Below, piece by piece: positions 26,337 to 36,329 of a DNA stretch of 64,000 nucleotides. How positions within the stretch are numbered: the stretch's first letter is position 1; each line of letters begins with the position of its first letter. A program made the position numbers and the translations under genes. The stretch spans positions 38,881 through 102,880 of the forward strand of contig CANMWZ010000013.1 of assembly GCA_947501605.1 (NCBI GenBank), read 5' to 3'. The notes beneath the pieces are model-generated. The model saw only the letters and a program-made list of their open reading frames with translations, was not told the origin of the DNA and did no database searches. The stretch comes from Planctomycetota bacterium. GTDB lineage: Bacteria > Planctomycetota > UBA1135 > UBA2386.

Positions 26337-26606
26337 TCAGCGACGCACCAGAAACCCAGAATCGCCGGTGCACGCACGGGGCTCCAGTTCCACCTCGTCC
26401 ACGCGCGCGAACGCTGGCCCGCGCCGCAGTCCGTCGACGAACTCCTCGATCGCGGCGTCGTGGCCCTCGGCCTCGCCTGTGACGGTGCCGTCCGCCTCGT
26501 TGCGCACGAAACCCGCGATCGCAAACGCCTGTGCCTGCCGCTCGACGAAGCGACGGTAGCCCACACCCTGCACGCGACCGGTGACGTGGAAGGCGAGGCG
26601 CTTCAT
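26337..26606 (-). CDS. acyP: acylphosphatase
   Basis: VTGRVQGVGYR, GFVRNEADGTV, GPAFARV; ATGA overlap with the upstream gene. Confidence 0.95.
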   Translation of the reverse strand: MKRLAFHVTGRVQGVGYRRFVERQAQAFAIAGFVRNEADGTVTGEAEGHDAAIEEFVDGLRRGPAFARVDEVELEPRACTGDSGFLVRR

Positions 26607-27868
26607 CGACTCGGCTCCATGCGTACGCGACCGTCGTCGATGACCATGCGGCACTGGCGCAGAAGGTCGATACCGAGCACTCCGTGCATCGGGAACACTC
26701 CGCCGATCTCGCGTGTGATCACCGGCAAGTCGACGCCGGAGAATCGAGTCTGCGACACACGCAGCACCAAGTTCTTCACTTCGCGCACGGACAGCCCGCC
26801 ACCTGCCGCCGTGCGCACGCGGCGAAAGCCTGGCGTCGCGCGCGCCTCGCCCAGAGGGAGCTTGGCGAGACCCGCTGGCGACAGACTGCTGTGACTCGCA
26901 CCCGTGTCGAGCACGAACCAGAGTCGCTCGCCTTCGATCGCAACCGGCACGAGGCAGCGCCCCTGACTGCGCAGACACTGCACCGACGTCGCTTCTGGCA
27001 ATCGTCGCGGCAACTCCAGCACGAGACTCCTGCGCACCGGATCGAGCGTCATGCGAAACAGGCTCAATAGGTCGAGACCGAGCACACCGACCGGTGCGCG
27101 ATCGGGCCCGCCGAAGAGATCGCGCATCGCGAGCCGTTCGTCGTCGACGACCAACACCGGCACCGAACCGAACCAGATCTCGCCAACCGCGAAGCCGTCG
27201 AGCACCCCGATCGAGGCTTTGACCATCTTGCCGGTGCCGTCCGGGATCGAACCCATGTCGGTCAGTGCGCGCACTCCCGCCGCCTCGGCCAGCGATAGTG
27301 AAATCGTGGTCATGGACGAGCCGGTATCGACCGCAAACGGGCGTCGCAGTTCGCCGATCGAGCACACGAACTCAGGCAACGCGCCATCGAGAAGTGGCTG
27401 TTCGGTGACAAGTGGGCCGATCTGCTTGCGCCGGAATGGGAGTTCGCGCGCAACCGAGACCAACGCGTGGCGTCGAACCGCTTCGTCCTCGACCACGCCC
27501 GCCAGCAACGGCGCCAGCGACTCGCCGTAGCGACCGGCAACGAACAACTGGTCACCGAGGCGACCGCGGGCCACCGCTACTGACCAGCCAGCGCGGTCCT
27601 TGCTGGCGACCACTTCGCGCCAGGATGCGATCGCAAGCTCGTCGCGCCACATCAAATCGTGCACCGTGGCGCGACATGCGGCAACGCCACCGTCACCGGG
27701 GTAGCGCCGGATCGCAGCCTCGGACGACTGGTCGGCGCCGTCGATCTCACCGGCTGCGAGCTGAACGAGAATCTCGTCGATCAGTTGAGCCGGCGTCCGC
27801 GGTGGCCGTCGGTCGGCACAGCCGGTGAGCAGCGCAAGAGCAATCGCAAGTACGACGGACTTCGCCAT
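26603..27868 (-). CDS. lipoprotein with TPR-like N-terminus and two retropepsin-like aspartyl protease domains
   Basis: Lipobox LTGC; AVDTGSS..GVLGLDLL and VLDTGAS..GVLGIDLL. Confidence 0.85.
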   Translation of the reverse strand: MAKSVVLAIALALLTGCADRRPPRTPAQLIDEILVQLAAGEIDGADQSSEAAIRRYPGDGGVAACRATVHDLMWRDELAIASWREVVASKDRAGWSVAVARGRLGDQLFVAGRYGESLAPLLAGVVEDEAVRRHALVSVARELPFRRKQIGPLVTEQPLLDGALPEFVCSIGELRRPFAVDTGSSMTTISLSLAEAAGVRALTDMGSIPDGTGKMVKASIGVLDGFAVGEIWFGSVPVLVVDDERLAMRDLFGGPDRAPVGVLGLDLLSLFRMTLDPVRRSLVLELPRRLPEATSVQCLRSQGRCLVPVAIEGERLWFVLDTGASHSSLSPAGLAKLPLGEARATPGFRRVRTAAGGGLSVREVKNLVLRVSQTRFSGVDLPVITREIGGVFPMHGVLGIDLLRQCRMVIDDGRVRMEPSR

Positions 27869-27876
27869 CGGTGGCG

Positions 27877-30549
27877 TCAGTTGGCGGTGATCGTGATCGT
27901 GCGCGACGACGCAGCGCGAACACCGCGCTCCGCCGCACCGATCGTCACCCAGTAGGTCACCAGGTCGCGGTAGGTCTCGGTGCGGCCCAAGAGGAACCCG
28001 GTGTCGGCGCGGTACGAAGTGAGCGTCAGCGTGTACGTGCGGCCTGCGACCAGTGGGGACTGAGCCTGCGTCGGCAACGCCACATACTGAAACTGCGTCG
28101 CGGTAGGCGGCACTACGGCAGTCCACAACCGCGCCTCCGTGCCATCGCTGCGCAAGTCGATCGTTGCGTACATCGATCCCGCTGGCAGCGTGAAGTCGAC
28201 CGCGAAGCCCAAAGCCGGCACTGTCGCGCCATCGAGTGGCGCCGTGAGTGTGGGCAGCGGCAACTGCGGCACGACGAGTTGGTCGCTGGGCGCCAGTCGC
28301 AGCAGCGTTCGCTGTGCGGTCGCCGTCGTCGCCGTGCTGACCTGCGCCCGCAGCGCGACGAGCCAGGCGTGGCCGGCCAGGGCACCGGTCAAGGCCGGCA
28401 GTGTGAAGGTGACGTTGGCCCCGCTGACCGTCATGTTGCCACCGACGGCGCGCGCCACATCCGCGATGCGACCAGAAGGCTGCTGCAGCGCGAGATCGAA
28501 GCGCAGATCGGCCGCCGTGAACGCACCGTCGAAGTCCGTGAGCGCACCTGGCGCAACAAACGCGGTGGTCGCTGGTCGGTCGATCGGCACGTTGCGCGCG
28601 ACCAAGGTTCCTTGCGGCACGACTTGGTCGAGCAGCACGCCCACACCCGTCAGCGTGAACACGCCACTGTTGACCGCACCCTCGGCGACAGCCACGTGTC
28701 CTTGGGGCAGGGCGATGCCGGCACGGAAGGTGCCGGCGGGCTGCGCGCCGCCGAGTCGGGCAGGCACGACATTGCGCGGCGCGACGTCAAAGAAGCGCTG
28801 GTCGAACCACTCGTCGATCTCCAACGGCCGCGACGCATACAGCTGCTGCGTTCGCGCCGGGTTGAAGCCGGTCAGATCGCCGGCGATCGTGCCATGGCGA
28901 TCGAAGGCGCCGGCGACGACCAGTTGCTGGCGCACCAGCGGCAGTTCGAGATGGTCGCCGTTGGGCTGCTCCAGCGTGAACGCGCTGACTGTTGCCAGGC
29001 CAGCGTGCTCGGTGCGGATCGTCGCGGTTGCACGCCCTGAGAAATCGCGACCGACGAAGAGGACACCGCTCTCGCGCGTGACCCCGACGAAACCTTCGCT
29101 GGCAGTGCGCCCGCGCACGATTGCCGCGTTCTGCACCGGCCCGGTGCCGATCGAATCGACCGCGATCGTCCGCGTCGAACGGCCCCCGACAAACCAACCG
29201 CGATCGTCGTAGAACGCGAACGTGTCCTGCCAGCGCCGCCCCGGTGGTACCAGCGTCAGGTTTTCGCTGATGAAGACGCGGCTCACATCAAAGGGGAACC
29301 CGGCCATGAAGCCGATGTAGCCAGAGCCAATGTCCTCGAGCAGGCACTGACCGTTGATGTCGGTGTAGCCGGTGGCGGCAACGGCGGCCAAGGCGGTGTT
29401 GCTGGCGATGCGGCGCCCGACTTCGCCGCGCCCACGGCGAATGCTCTGCACTCGAATGTTGGTGACGGGCACTGTCTCGAGTTGGAGATCCCCGACACCT
29501 ACGTCGGCACCGCTGCCGAGCAACGGACTGGTGACCGACAGCGAGGTGCCGAGCCACTGCGCGCCGCCAAGCAGCTCGATCTCGATCGTGCGCGCCGCAC
29601 CCGAACCGTCCGAGCCTGCAACCAGCACCGAGAAGGTTCCATCCGAGACGGTCAGCGTCGGCGCACTGTCGGCCCGCACGTAGGTGCCGAACACCGGCCG
29701 CGCCAAGGTGTCGACCACGCGCCCGCGCACGATCGCGATCGGCCGGTCGACTGCGTAGACGTACAGGCCGCCGCCGGTGATGGCACCCGCGAGTTGCAGC
29801 GTGCCGCCGCTGCTCGAGGCGCTGCCAGAAACCTGGCCCCATTCACCCGTGCTTGGATCGAGCCGGAACAGCACGCCGTTGCCCCCCCCGAGCGCGAGCT
29901 CATCGGGGACTTGTAGCGTGCCCGCAGGCGCGAAGGTCGCGGTTGGCGGGTCGATCCAGAAGCCGCGGGTCGTGAGCCAAGCTCCGGCCGGAGCCGACGG
30001 CAACGCCGATGGCAGATGCTCGCGCGCGAGTTCGCCCAGGCGCAGCGTGACGCTGGCGGCACCACCGTCGTTGACGATCGTGCCGTTGCCCAGTTGCAGG
30101 ATCGCGCCGGTTCGAGCCGAGTCGTCGATCGTGGTCGGTGGCTGGCCGGAGCCGGTCGGAATCGTGGCCTCGGCGCTCGACGCCGTGTCCGGCAAGTAAA
30201 GCACCGACGGCAGGTCGGCGTTGACGATGGTCAGTGCGGCGCCGAGGGACGCCAGCCGGTCGCTGGCGGACGCGGTCGCGGCGCGCGCATCGACGCGGAC
30301 GATCGTCGACCCAAGTGGGTTGACGAACAGTTCCCCGCGGCCTTGACGCCCGGTCACCGCCGTTGCGCCCGCAACCGCGACACGAGCGGCGCTGACGGCG
30401 CGATTGCCATCGTCGCGCACCAACACCTTGCAACTCGCGGTCGGCAAGTCGACGAGCGACGGGCCGACATCGCTGCCCTCGCCCGAGCACGCGACCAGCG
30501 CCAGCGCAACGATCGGCCAGAACGAACGGGACGATACGGCGTGGCTCAT
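27877..30549 (-). CDS. large beta-rich lipoprotein with carboxypeptidase-regulatory-like domains
   Basis: Lipobox LVAC; VRGRVVDTLARPVFG..SDGTFSV; all-beta composition; ATGA overlap. Confidence 0.75.
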   Translation of the reverse strand: MSHAVSSRSFWPIVALALVACSGEGSDVGPSLVDLPTASCKVLVRDDGNRAVSAARVAVAGATAVTGRQGRGELFVNPLGSTIVRVDARAATASASDRLASLGAALTIVNADLPSVLYLPDTASSAEATIPTGSGQPPTTIDDSARTGAILQLGNGTIVNDGGAASVTLRLGELAREHLPSALPSAPAGAWLTTRGFWIDPPTATFAPAGTLQVPDELALGGGNGVLFRLDPSTGEWGQVSGSASSSGGTLQLAGAITGGGLYVYAVDRPIAIVRGRVVDTLARPVFGTYVRADSAPTLTVSDGTFSVLVAGSDGSGAARTIEIELLGGAQWLGTSLSVTSPLLGSGADVGVGDLQLETVPVTNIRVQSIRRGRGEVGRRIASNTALAAVAATGYTDINGQCLLEDIGSGYIGFMAGFPFDVSRVFISENLTLVPPGRRWQDTFAFYDDRGWFVGGRSTRTIAVDSIGTGPVQNAAIVRGRTASEGFVGVTRESGVLFVGRDFSGRATATIRTEHAGLATVSAFTLEQPNGDHLELPLVRQQLVVAGAFDRHGTIAGDLTGFNPARTQQLYASRPLEIDEWFDQRFFDVAPRNVVPARLGGAQPAGTFRAGIALPQGHVAVAEGAVNSGVFTLTGVGVLLDQVVPQGTLVARNVPIDRPATTAFVAPGALTDFDGAFTAADLRFDLALQQPSGRIADVARAVGGNMTVSGANVTFTLPALTGALAGHAWLVALRAQVSTATTATAQRTLLRLAPSDQLVVPQLPLPTLTAPLDGATVPALGFAVDFTLPAGSMYATIDLRSDGTEARLWTAVVPPTATQFQYVALPTQAQSPLVAGRTYTLTLTSYRADTGFLLGRTETYRDLVTYWVTIGAAERGVRAASSRTITITAN

Positions 30550-31940
30550 CGAGCGCGTCCTCGCTGCATGCGGTCTGGGTCGGGTGGCGTGGCGGCACGA
30601 CTGCGAGCACCATCGCCGCCGATGCTGCGCAGTCCGATCACGAGATCATCGAGCACTGCACCCTTCAACAAGGCCCGGCGGCGGCCGTTCGCGGTGGCAG
30701 CGACCTTGGTTTCGACCGTGGCCTCGACGTTGGCAGCGGCGATGACGCCTTCCCAATCGGGCGACGTCGTCAATCGCTGCACGAACTCGAAACTCGCGGC
30801 CGCGGCGGGCACCTCGAACTCGACTTCCGTGTCGTATGCCGTGCGCGATGCGCGGATCGAACGAATGCGGGGCGGCGGCGGCGCCGACGCCAGTTCGGCA
30901 ATGGTCGCCGCAACCACACGCGCCACCGCGGCCGTGTAGTCGAAGTCGACGTACTCGGGCAAGTCACCGTACGACTTGCCCTCGCGCTCGCTCAGATCCT
31001 GATGCTGGCGCGAGTAGTCCTCGCGAGGCTCGGTCAGCCGCACCGCTGGGTATCCGGCCTCGAAGAACGAGCGATGGTCACCGCCGCGGCCGTAGCGATC
31101 GCCACGGAACACCAACTGCACCGACGGTCGGATTCCGTGCTCCCTCGTCGCGTAGGTGAGTGCCCGAGCCATGCTGCGACCGAGGCTGTCGTTCCCGTCC
31201 AAGGCGTAGCTGAAGCAGCGCACGACATCAGCGCGCCGCACGCCATCCATTCCGATCGTGTTGCCGACGATGTCGCAACCGATCATGCCGTCGATCTCGA
31301 GACTTTGGTCGCTCATGCTCTGCGCACAAAACTTGCTGCCGATGAGCCCCTGCTCTTCGCCATCGAATGCGCAGAACACGATCGCCGCAGCAAACGTCTC
31401 GGCACACAGCAGTCGGCACACTTCGAGCGCCACCGCGGTGCCGGAGCCATCATCGTTGGCGCCGGGTGCGACGCGCGTCCCGTTGGCCCCATCGCTGTTG
31501 CGCGAATCGTAGTGCCCGCCGACGACATAGACGCGCTCCCCATCCGTTGCACCCGGCAGCGTCGCGATCACGTTCACGACCGCGACCTCGCTCGGCATCC
31601 CGTCGCGCGCCACTGCGACCACGCCGGACTGCAACTCGACCGTGAGGCGACTGCCACTCCGCGCGGCGAGGTCCTTGAAGCGCGCCGTGAGATAGCGCCG
31701 CGCCGCACCGGTGCCTTCGACCTCGCTGTCCGTGCGCGACAACACGTGCCGCGTGCCAAAGGCGCACAGCTCGCGAATCGTGCGTTCGATCTCGGTCGCC
31801 GAGACACCGGCGACGAGGCGAGCGATGCGCGCCGCGATCGGCTCGACCGCAGCGGCGGGCGGTGCCACGGATCCCTGGGCCGCGAGCGAACTCGCGAGCA
31901 GCAGGGACAGCGCGGACTCGACGGCGCGAACTCGCATCAT
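30546..31940 (-). CDS. M28 family metallopeptidase, secreted
   Basis: FGTRH, GGHYDS, GANDDGSG, GEEQGL, GRGGDH, RQHQD motifs; signal peptide. Confidence 0.9.
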   Translation of the reverse strand: MMRVRAVESALSLLLASSLAAQGSVAPPAAAVEPIAARIARLVAGVSATEIERTIRELCAFGTRHVLSRTDSEVEGTGAARRYLTARFKDLAARSGSRLTVELQSGVVAVARDGMPSEVAVVNVIATLPGATDGERVYVVGGHYDSRNSDGANGTRVAPGANDDGSGTAVALEVCRLLCAETFAAAIVFCAFDGEEQGLIGSKFCAQSMSDQSLEIDGMIGCDIVGNTIGMDGVRRADVVRCFSYALDGNDSLGRSMARALTYATREHGIRPSVQLVFRGDRYGRGGDHRSFFEAGYPAVRLTEPREDYSRQHQDLSEREGKSYGDLPEYVDFDYTAAVARVVAATIAELASAPPPPRIRSIRASRTAYDTEVEFEVPAAAASFEFVQRLTTSPDWEGVIAAANVEATVETKVAATANGRRRALLKGAVLDDLVIGLRSIGGDGARSRAATPPDPDRMQRGRAR

Positions 31941-33475
31941 GCGAACAGGTCCAGGCCTTCCATGCCTTGCGCCGGTTTGAGGCCAGCGATCGGCAGCAGC
32001 GTCGTCGCAATGTCGCAGAGTCGACCGCCAGCCCGCAGCCGACGCCCTTGGCCACCGGCCCCAGCAATCAAGAACGGCACCGGGTTCAGAGTGTGGGCCG
32101 TGTGCGGCTCCCCGGTCACCGGATCGATCATCATCTCGACGTTGCCGTGGTCGGCCGTGATCGCGACGGTGCCGCCCTTGGCCAACACCGCCGGCACGAT
32201 GCGCGCGAGGCATTCGTCGATCGCTCTCACCGCCTGCATCGACGCCGGGATGAGGCCGGTGTGGCCGACCATGTCGGCATTGGCGAAATTGAGAATGGTC
32301 ACGTCGGGTGAACTCTTGCCGGCGAACTCTGCCAGCAGCTTGTCCGTGACCATCGGCGCCGACATCTCGGGCTGCAGGTCGTAGGTCGCGACCTTGGGGC
32401 TCGGCACCAGGATGCGCCGCTCGCCCGGATACTCGTTCTCGTCGCCACCGGAGAAGAAGAACGTGACGTGCGCGTACTTCTCGGTCTCGGCGATGCGCAA
32501 CTGCGACCAACCTGCCTTCGAGATCACTTCCGGGAAGATGCCGACCAGGTTCTGCGGCTGGTAGGCCACTGCACACGGCAAGTCCTCGCGGTAGCGCGTC
32601 AGCGTGGCGAAGTGAACCAGCGGAACCGACGCGCGCGGGAAGCCGGTGAACTCGCGCGCTGTGAATGCCTCGGTCAGTTGGCGCGCGCGGTCCGCACGGA
32701 AGTTGAAGTAGAACACCGCATCGCCAGCTCGGACGCGCCCCTTGTCGGGCGACCCGATCATGGTCGGCAGCACGAACTCGTCACCCTCGTTGCGGGCGTA
32801 GGCCGCAGCAACGGCGGCCGTTGCACTCTCAGCCGAGAACCCGGCGCCGATCGTCAATGCGTCGTAGGCCTTCTGCACGCGTTCCCAGCGCTTGTCGCGG
32901 TCCATCGCGTAGTAGCGACCGATGACCGTGGCGATGCGGCCGGCGCCGGACTCACGCATCCAACCCTCGACGGTCTCGATGTACTTGCGCGCCGATCGCG
33001 GCGGCGTGTCGCGACCATCGAGGAAGGCGTGCAACAGCACGCGCTCGCCGGCTAGCCCTCGTTGCGCGCACATCTGCAGCAGCGCCTTCAGGTGCTGGTC
33101 GCTGCTGTGCACGCCGCCGTCCGAGACGAGACCGAACAGATGCAGCTGCCCGCCCTTCTGCACGGCGTGGTCGATTGCGCCGGTGATCGCCGCGTTCTGC
33201 TGGAACGCACCGTCGCGGATCGCCTTGTCGATGCGCGTGATCTCCTGGTAGACGATGCGGCCGGCACCGATGTTGAGGTGGCCGACTTCGGAGTTGCCCA
33301 TCAAACCGCACGGCAGACCGACTTCTGTGCCGCTTGCCTGCAGGGTGGTCCACGGCCACTTCTCTTTCAGCGAGAACCAGAAGCGCGGCTCGGCCATCGA
33401 GATCGCGTTCCCCGGACCGGCAGGCGCCTCGCCAAAACCGTCGAGCACGACGAGCAGCAGCGGCGGCCGACTCAT
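31937..33475 (-). CDS. gpmI: 2,3-bisphosphoglycerate-independent phosphoglycerate mutase
   Basis: LDGFG, MGNSEVGH, SDGGVHS, DGRDT, GRYYAMDRD, NFRADR, AETEKYAHVT, DMVGHTG, TADHGN. Confidence 0.97.
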   Translation of the reverse strand: MSRPPLLLVVLDGFGEAPAGPGNAISMAEPRFWFSLKEKWPWTTLQASGTEVGLPCGLMGNSEVGHLNIGAGRIVYQEITRIDKAIRDGAFQQNAAITGAIDHAVQKGGQLHLFGLVSDGGVHSSDQHLKALLQMCAQRGLAGERVLLHAFLDGRDTPPRSARKYIETVEGWMRESGAGRIATVIGRYYAMDRDKRWERVQKAYDALTIGAGFSAESATAAVAAAYARNEGDEFVLPTMIGSPDKGRVRAGDAVFYFNFRADRARQLTEAFTAREFTGFPRASVPLVHFATLTRYREDLPCAVAYQPQNLVGIFPEVISKAGWSQLRIAETEKYAHVTFFFSGGDENEYPGERRILVPSPKVATYDLQPEMSAPMVTDKLLAEFAGKSSPDVTILNFANADMVGHTGLIPASMQAVRAIDECLARIVPAVLAKGGTVAITADHGNVEMMIDPVTGEPHTAHTLNPVPFLIAGAGGQGRRLRAGGRLCDIATTLLPIAGLKPAQGMEGLDLFA

Positions 33476-34095
33476 CCGAGCGATCCTTCCACCTTGACGG
33501 CGATCGCTTGGTGGTTGTGACGAATCTCGGCCAGCAGAGTCTTGGCCCGCACGACGGCGCCGTCGGCGAGTTCGCGGTTGTCGAGGTACGCGGCGTTGAT
33601 GCGCACGTTGAGTTGCGCGCCCTCGCCGGCCGCAACCAGCAGCGAACTACCCGAGGCGAGGTCGCTGAGGATGTTCTTGCCGACGCAGTCGATGACCTGG
33701 GCCATCGCCTGGCTGACGTCGCGGACCATGCACAGGGTCTCCTCGGGCACCACCATCGCGCCGACCATCGCCTCCTGGATCGCGCGGTTGCGGATCTGGG
33801 TCTCGCCGTCGTTCGACTTCCCCATCGCGTAGGCCTTCGACACCAGGTCGAACGAGTTGCAGTCGCGCTCCGCCATCGGCAGGAGCCGCAGTAGGTGCGA
33901 CTCGAGCAGCCCTTCGACGCGCGCGAGATCGGCATCGCGATCGACGTTGGCCTTCTTGCCGCGCGAGAACCGCACCACCATCAGCAGCAGGGCCGTGCCC
34001 ATACTGGCCGCCAGCGCGGCCGCGGCGCCGCCGCCCGGGGTCGGAGTCCGTTGAGCGAGGGCATCGATGATCTTGGCAAAACTCTGGTCGATCAT
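33472..34095 (-). CDS. formiminotetrahydrofolate cyclodeaminase/methenyl-THF cyclohydrolase family (FTCD_C)
   Basis: TPTPGGGAAAALAASMG, D..SF, GKNILSD, AQLNVRIN. Confidence 0.9.
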   Translation of the reverse strand: MIDQSFAKIIDALAQRTPTPGGGAAAALAASMGTALLLMVVRFSRGKKANVDRDADLARVEGLLESHLLRLLPMAERDCNSFDLVSKAYAMGKSNDGETQIRNRAIQEAMVGAMVVPEETLCMVRDVSQAMAQVIDCVGKNILSDLASGSSLLVAAGEGAQLNVRINAAYLDNRELADGAVVRAKTLLAEIRHNHQAIAVKVEGSLG

Positions 34096-34178
34096 GGGGC
34101 CGAACAGTCTCGGCGGAGCACCGCCGCGCTGCCAGTGCGACGTTGCAGCAACACGTCGCGGCACCCACAATCGACCGC

Positions 34179-34817
34179 ATGCCTTCGCCGCAACACGGAA
34201 CCCGACCCCGTCCTCTTGCGAATCGCGCCCCGTTCCTGCTCGGCCTAGGCCTTGCCGCACTGTCGCTCGGAGCGTGCGCCAACACCGGCTTGCCGGGAGC
34301 CTTCGCCGACGCCTTAGCAACGGCGCCCGAGGACCTACCCGCCCGGCTTCACATCGACGGGGACCGCATCGTGTCGGCCGCCGCGGCAGTGGGGCCGGGC
34401 GGCATCCCGACGGCCGTGCGCGCGACCGCCGACGGGATCGCGCCGGGCGGCGAAGTGGTCTTCGAGGGTCGCGAATGGGGTCCTTACGGCGCCTGCTTTC
34501 GCATCGAAAAACGCTACGTCGACGGGCCGCTGCACTCGTTCCGCAGCGTCTTGATTGCCGCCAGCGGCGACGTGCTCGAACGGTCGCACACGGTTCCGAT
34601 CCAGCAGGTTCCGCCCGCCGTGCTCGGCGCAGCGCTGACGCTGGGCCGCGATGTGCAGCGCTGCGAGATCGTCTCGGACAGCTCCGCCGAACGGCTGTGG
34701 CGCGCCACGATCGTCGATGGCGGCGGACGCACGATGCTCGCGTCCATCGGCCTCGACGGCCGCTTGCTCGACGCCCACCGACTCGTGCACGCGGTGATCA
34801 CGACGCCGCGGCGTTGA
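34179..34817 (+). CDS. lipoprotein with two PepSY-like units
   Basis: Lipobox LGAC; repeated pattern IPTAVRAT..VLIAASGDVLE and VPPAVLGA..ASIGLDGRLLD. Confidence 0.6.
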   Translation: MPSPQHGTRPRPLANRAPFLLGLGLAALSLGACANTGLPGAFADALATAPEDLPARLHIDGDRIVSAAAAVGPGGIPTAVRATADGIAPGGEVVFEGREWGPYGACFRIEKRYVDGPLHSFRSVLIAASGDVLERSHTVPIQQVPPAVLGAALTLGRDVQRCEIVSDSSAERLWRATIVDGGGRTMLASIGLDGRLLDAHRLVHAVITTPRR

Positions 34818-35465
34818 GGTCTCGCTGGCGTCAACCAGGAGTCGGTCATGCGTCTGAGCCCCTCCAGTGCCATTGAGAAAACCAAGCTGACGTCAGCGGC
34901 TCTGTTCGACTGGCGCGACCACCAGCACCGGCACTGTAGCTCCCAAGTGCGCGAGCCCGGCGACGTGCACCATGGCAGCATTGCCCTACGACTTCCCGTG
35001 CGCAACAGTGACTGATCATTCGACTTCGCCGTTTACCCCCCAGCGCTTCCTGCAACACTCGCGCACTGGCCACCTGACTCGGCATGGATCCCCACCCACC
35101 CACGTGCAAAGCCAGCACCATCGTCCAACAGGCGCCGCAACTGGTCGCAGCTCAAGGTTCTTCGCTTCCAGGTGCGTCATTCACGTTGAGAAGCACCGCT
35201 CCGGAGTGAAGTTGCTTGAGGGAGCAGAAGAACTGCGCCTCGAGCACGCAGCAATCGCGAACATTGATGTGCCGGAAGACATGAAGCCCCCGGCGGGGTA
35301 GAAGCGAACGGAGCTGCCGGTCCAGGCCTAGGACTTGTCCGTTAGAAGGGCACTCCTGCTCGCCATCGGCGATCGCTGCCCGGCACATCGAACCCGCACT
35401 CCTGGATTACAAGGTAGGCTGACAGCTGCACTCTTCGAGAAAGCTCCGGAACGAGGACGACGAGA

Positions 35466-36329
35466 ATGCCCATGAAGTTTGCCATTGCAGCACTCACTTT
35501 GACTACGGTAGCGCTATGCCAAACCGATCCCGAACCACTCACAGGTGAGCTCAAGCCCGAGTTGCATGCGCCGTTGGTGGTTGACATCGATCATGCCTCG
35601 GTCCATCAGCTGAGTCAAATGTCAGAGGCATTCCTCTGCCTCAAGTTCCTTCTCCTTCACATGGAGAACAACCCTGCTCCTGCGTGGGTATCCCCCGCGG
35701 AGTTTGCAGAACTCAAGGAGAGCATCAGGGCGATCTGCTCCTCGTTCATTCGGGGCAACCACTACTTGGGCACATTCCCACCTGCGGAGTGGCCTGCCGA
35801 TTCGAATCCAGCGCCCCTTGCATCCACAGACACCGAGTACTCTGATGGGCGCAATACCGCAGAGCCAAACAACAACGTCATCTGGGACCGCGGAGAATTC
35901 ATGGACCCCAACGCGGCCGGTTTCAGTCCAAAGCGAAGCCCGCACGTTCCCACGCAGGACGACCTCCTTCGCAAGTTCGAACTGGGTTGCACTCTCTTTG
36001 TAGAACTACATCGGTGCATTCAGGTTGACCCCGGGAGCGCCGGGCCAGCGCCCGGACCCGGCCCCGCCCCGCCTGGCCCTCCAGGAGCGGATAACCAGAA
36101 GTGGTCCCGGGCCGTCAACACCGTGCGCGCGTATCTAAACTCAGCACGCCTCGCTCGATACGTATATGAAAATCGAGTCTCTCTAGGCGTGACGGATGGC
36201 CCAGCCGCGGCCGCCCAGTTGGCGGACCGCACAGAAATTACATTACAGGCATGGGTTCGCCTAAACAAGGTCAGAAAGGCTAGTCCAGCGTGCACAGGCT
36301 TCGAAGACAACCCCACAGGGAACTGGTGA
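35466..36329 (+). CDS. secreted orphan protein in lower-GC islet
   Basis: Signal-like MKFAIAALTLTTVALCQ; GAGGA RBS-like sequence upstream; Pro/Gly linker; stop overlaps the next ATG. Confidence 0.7.
   Translation: MPMKFAIAALTLTTVALCQTDPEPLTGELKPELHAPLVVDIDHASVHQLSQMSEAFLCLKFLLLHMENNPAPAWVSPAEFAELKESIRAICSSFIRGNHYLGTFPPAEWPADSNPAPLASTDTEYSDGRNTAEPNNNVIWDRGEFMDPNAAGFSPKRSPHVPTQDDLLRKFELGCTLFVELHRCIQVDPGSAGPAPGPGPAPPGPPGADNQKWSRAVNTVRAYLNSARLARYVYENRVSLGVTDGPAAAAQLADRTEITLQAWVRLNKVRKASPACTGFEDNPTGNW

Noticed and set aside
29882..29889. C8 run as a phase-variation tract in the 890-aa lipoprotein
   Set aside because: Explained by Gly codons in GC-rich DNA; the frame is intact.
34972..35301. 109-aa ORF upstream of the islet genes
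   Set aside because: No motif or codon-bias support; could be a decayed remnant but cannot be supported.
35801..35809. TTCGAATCC T-loop-like sequence suggesting a tRNA
   Set aside because: Inside a CDS, with no cloverleaf stems or CCA end.
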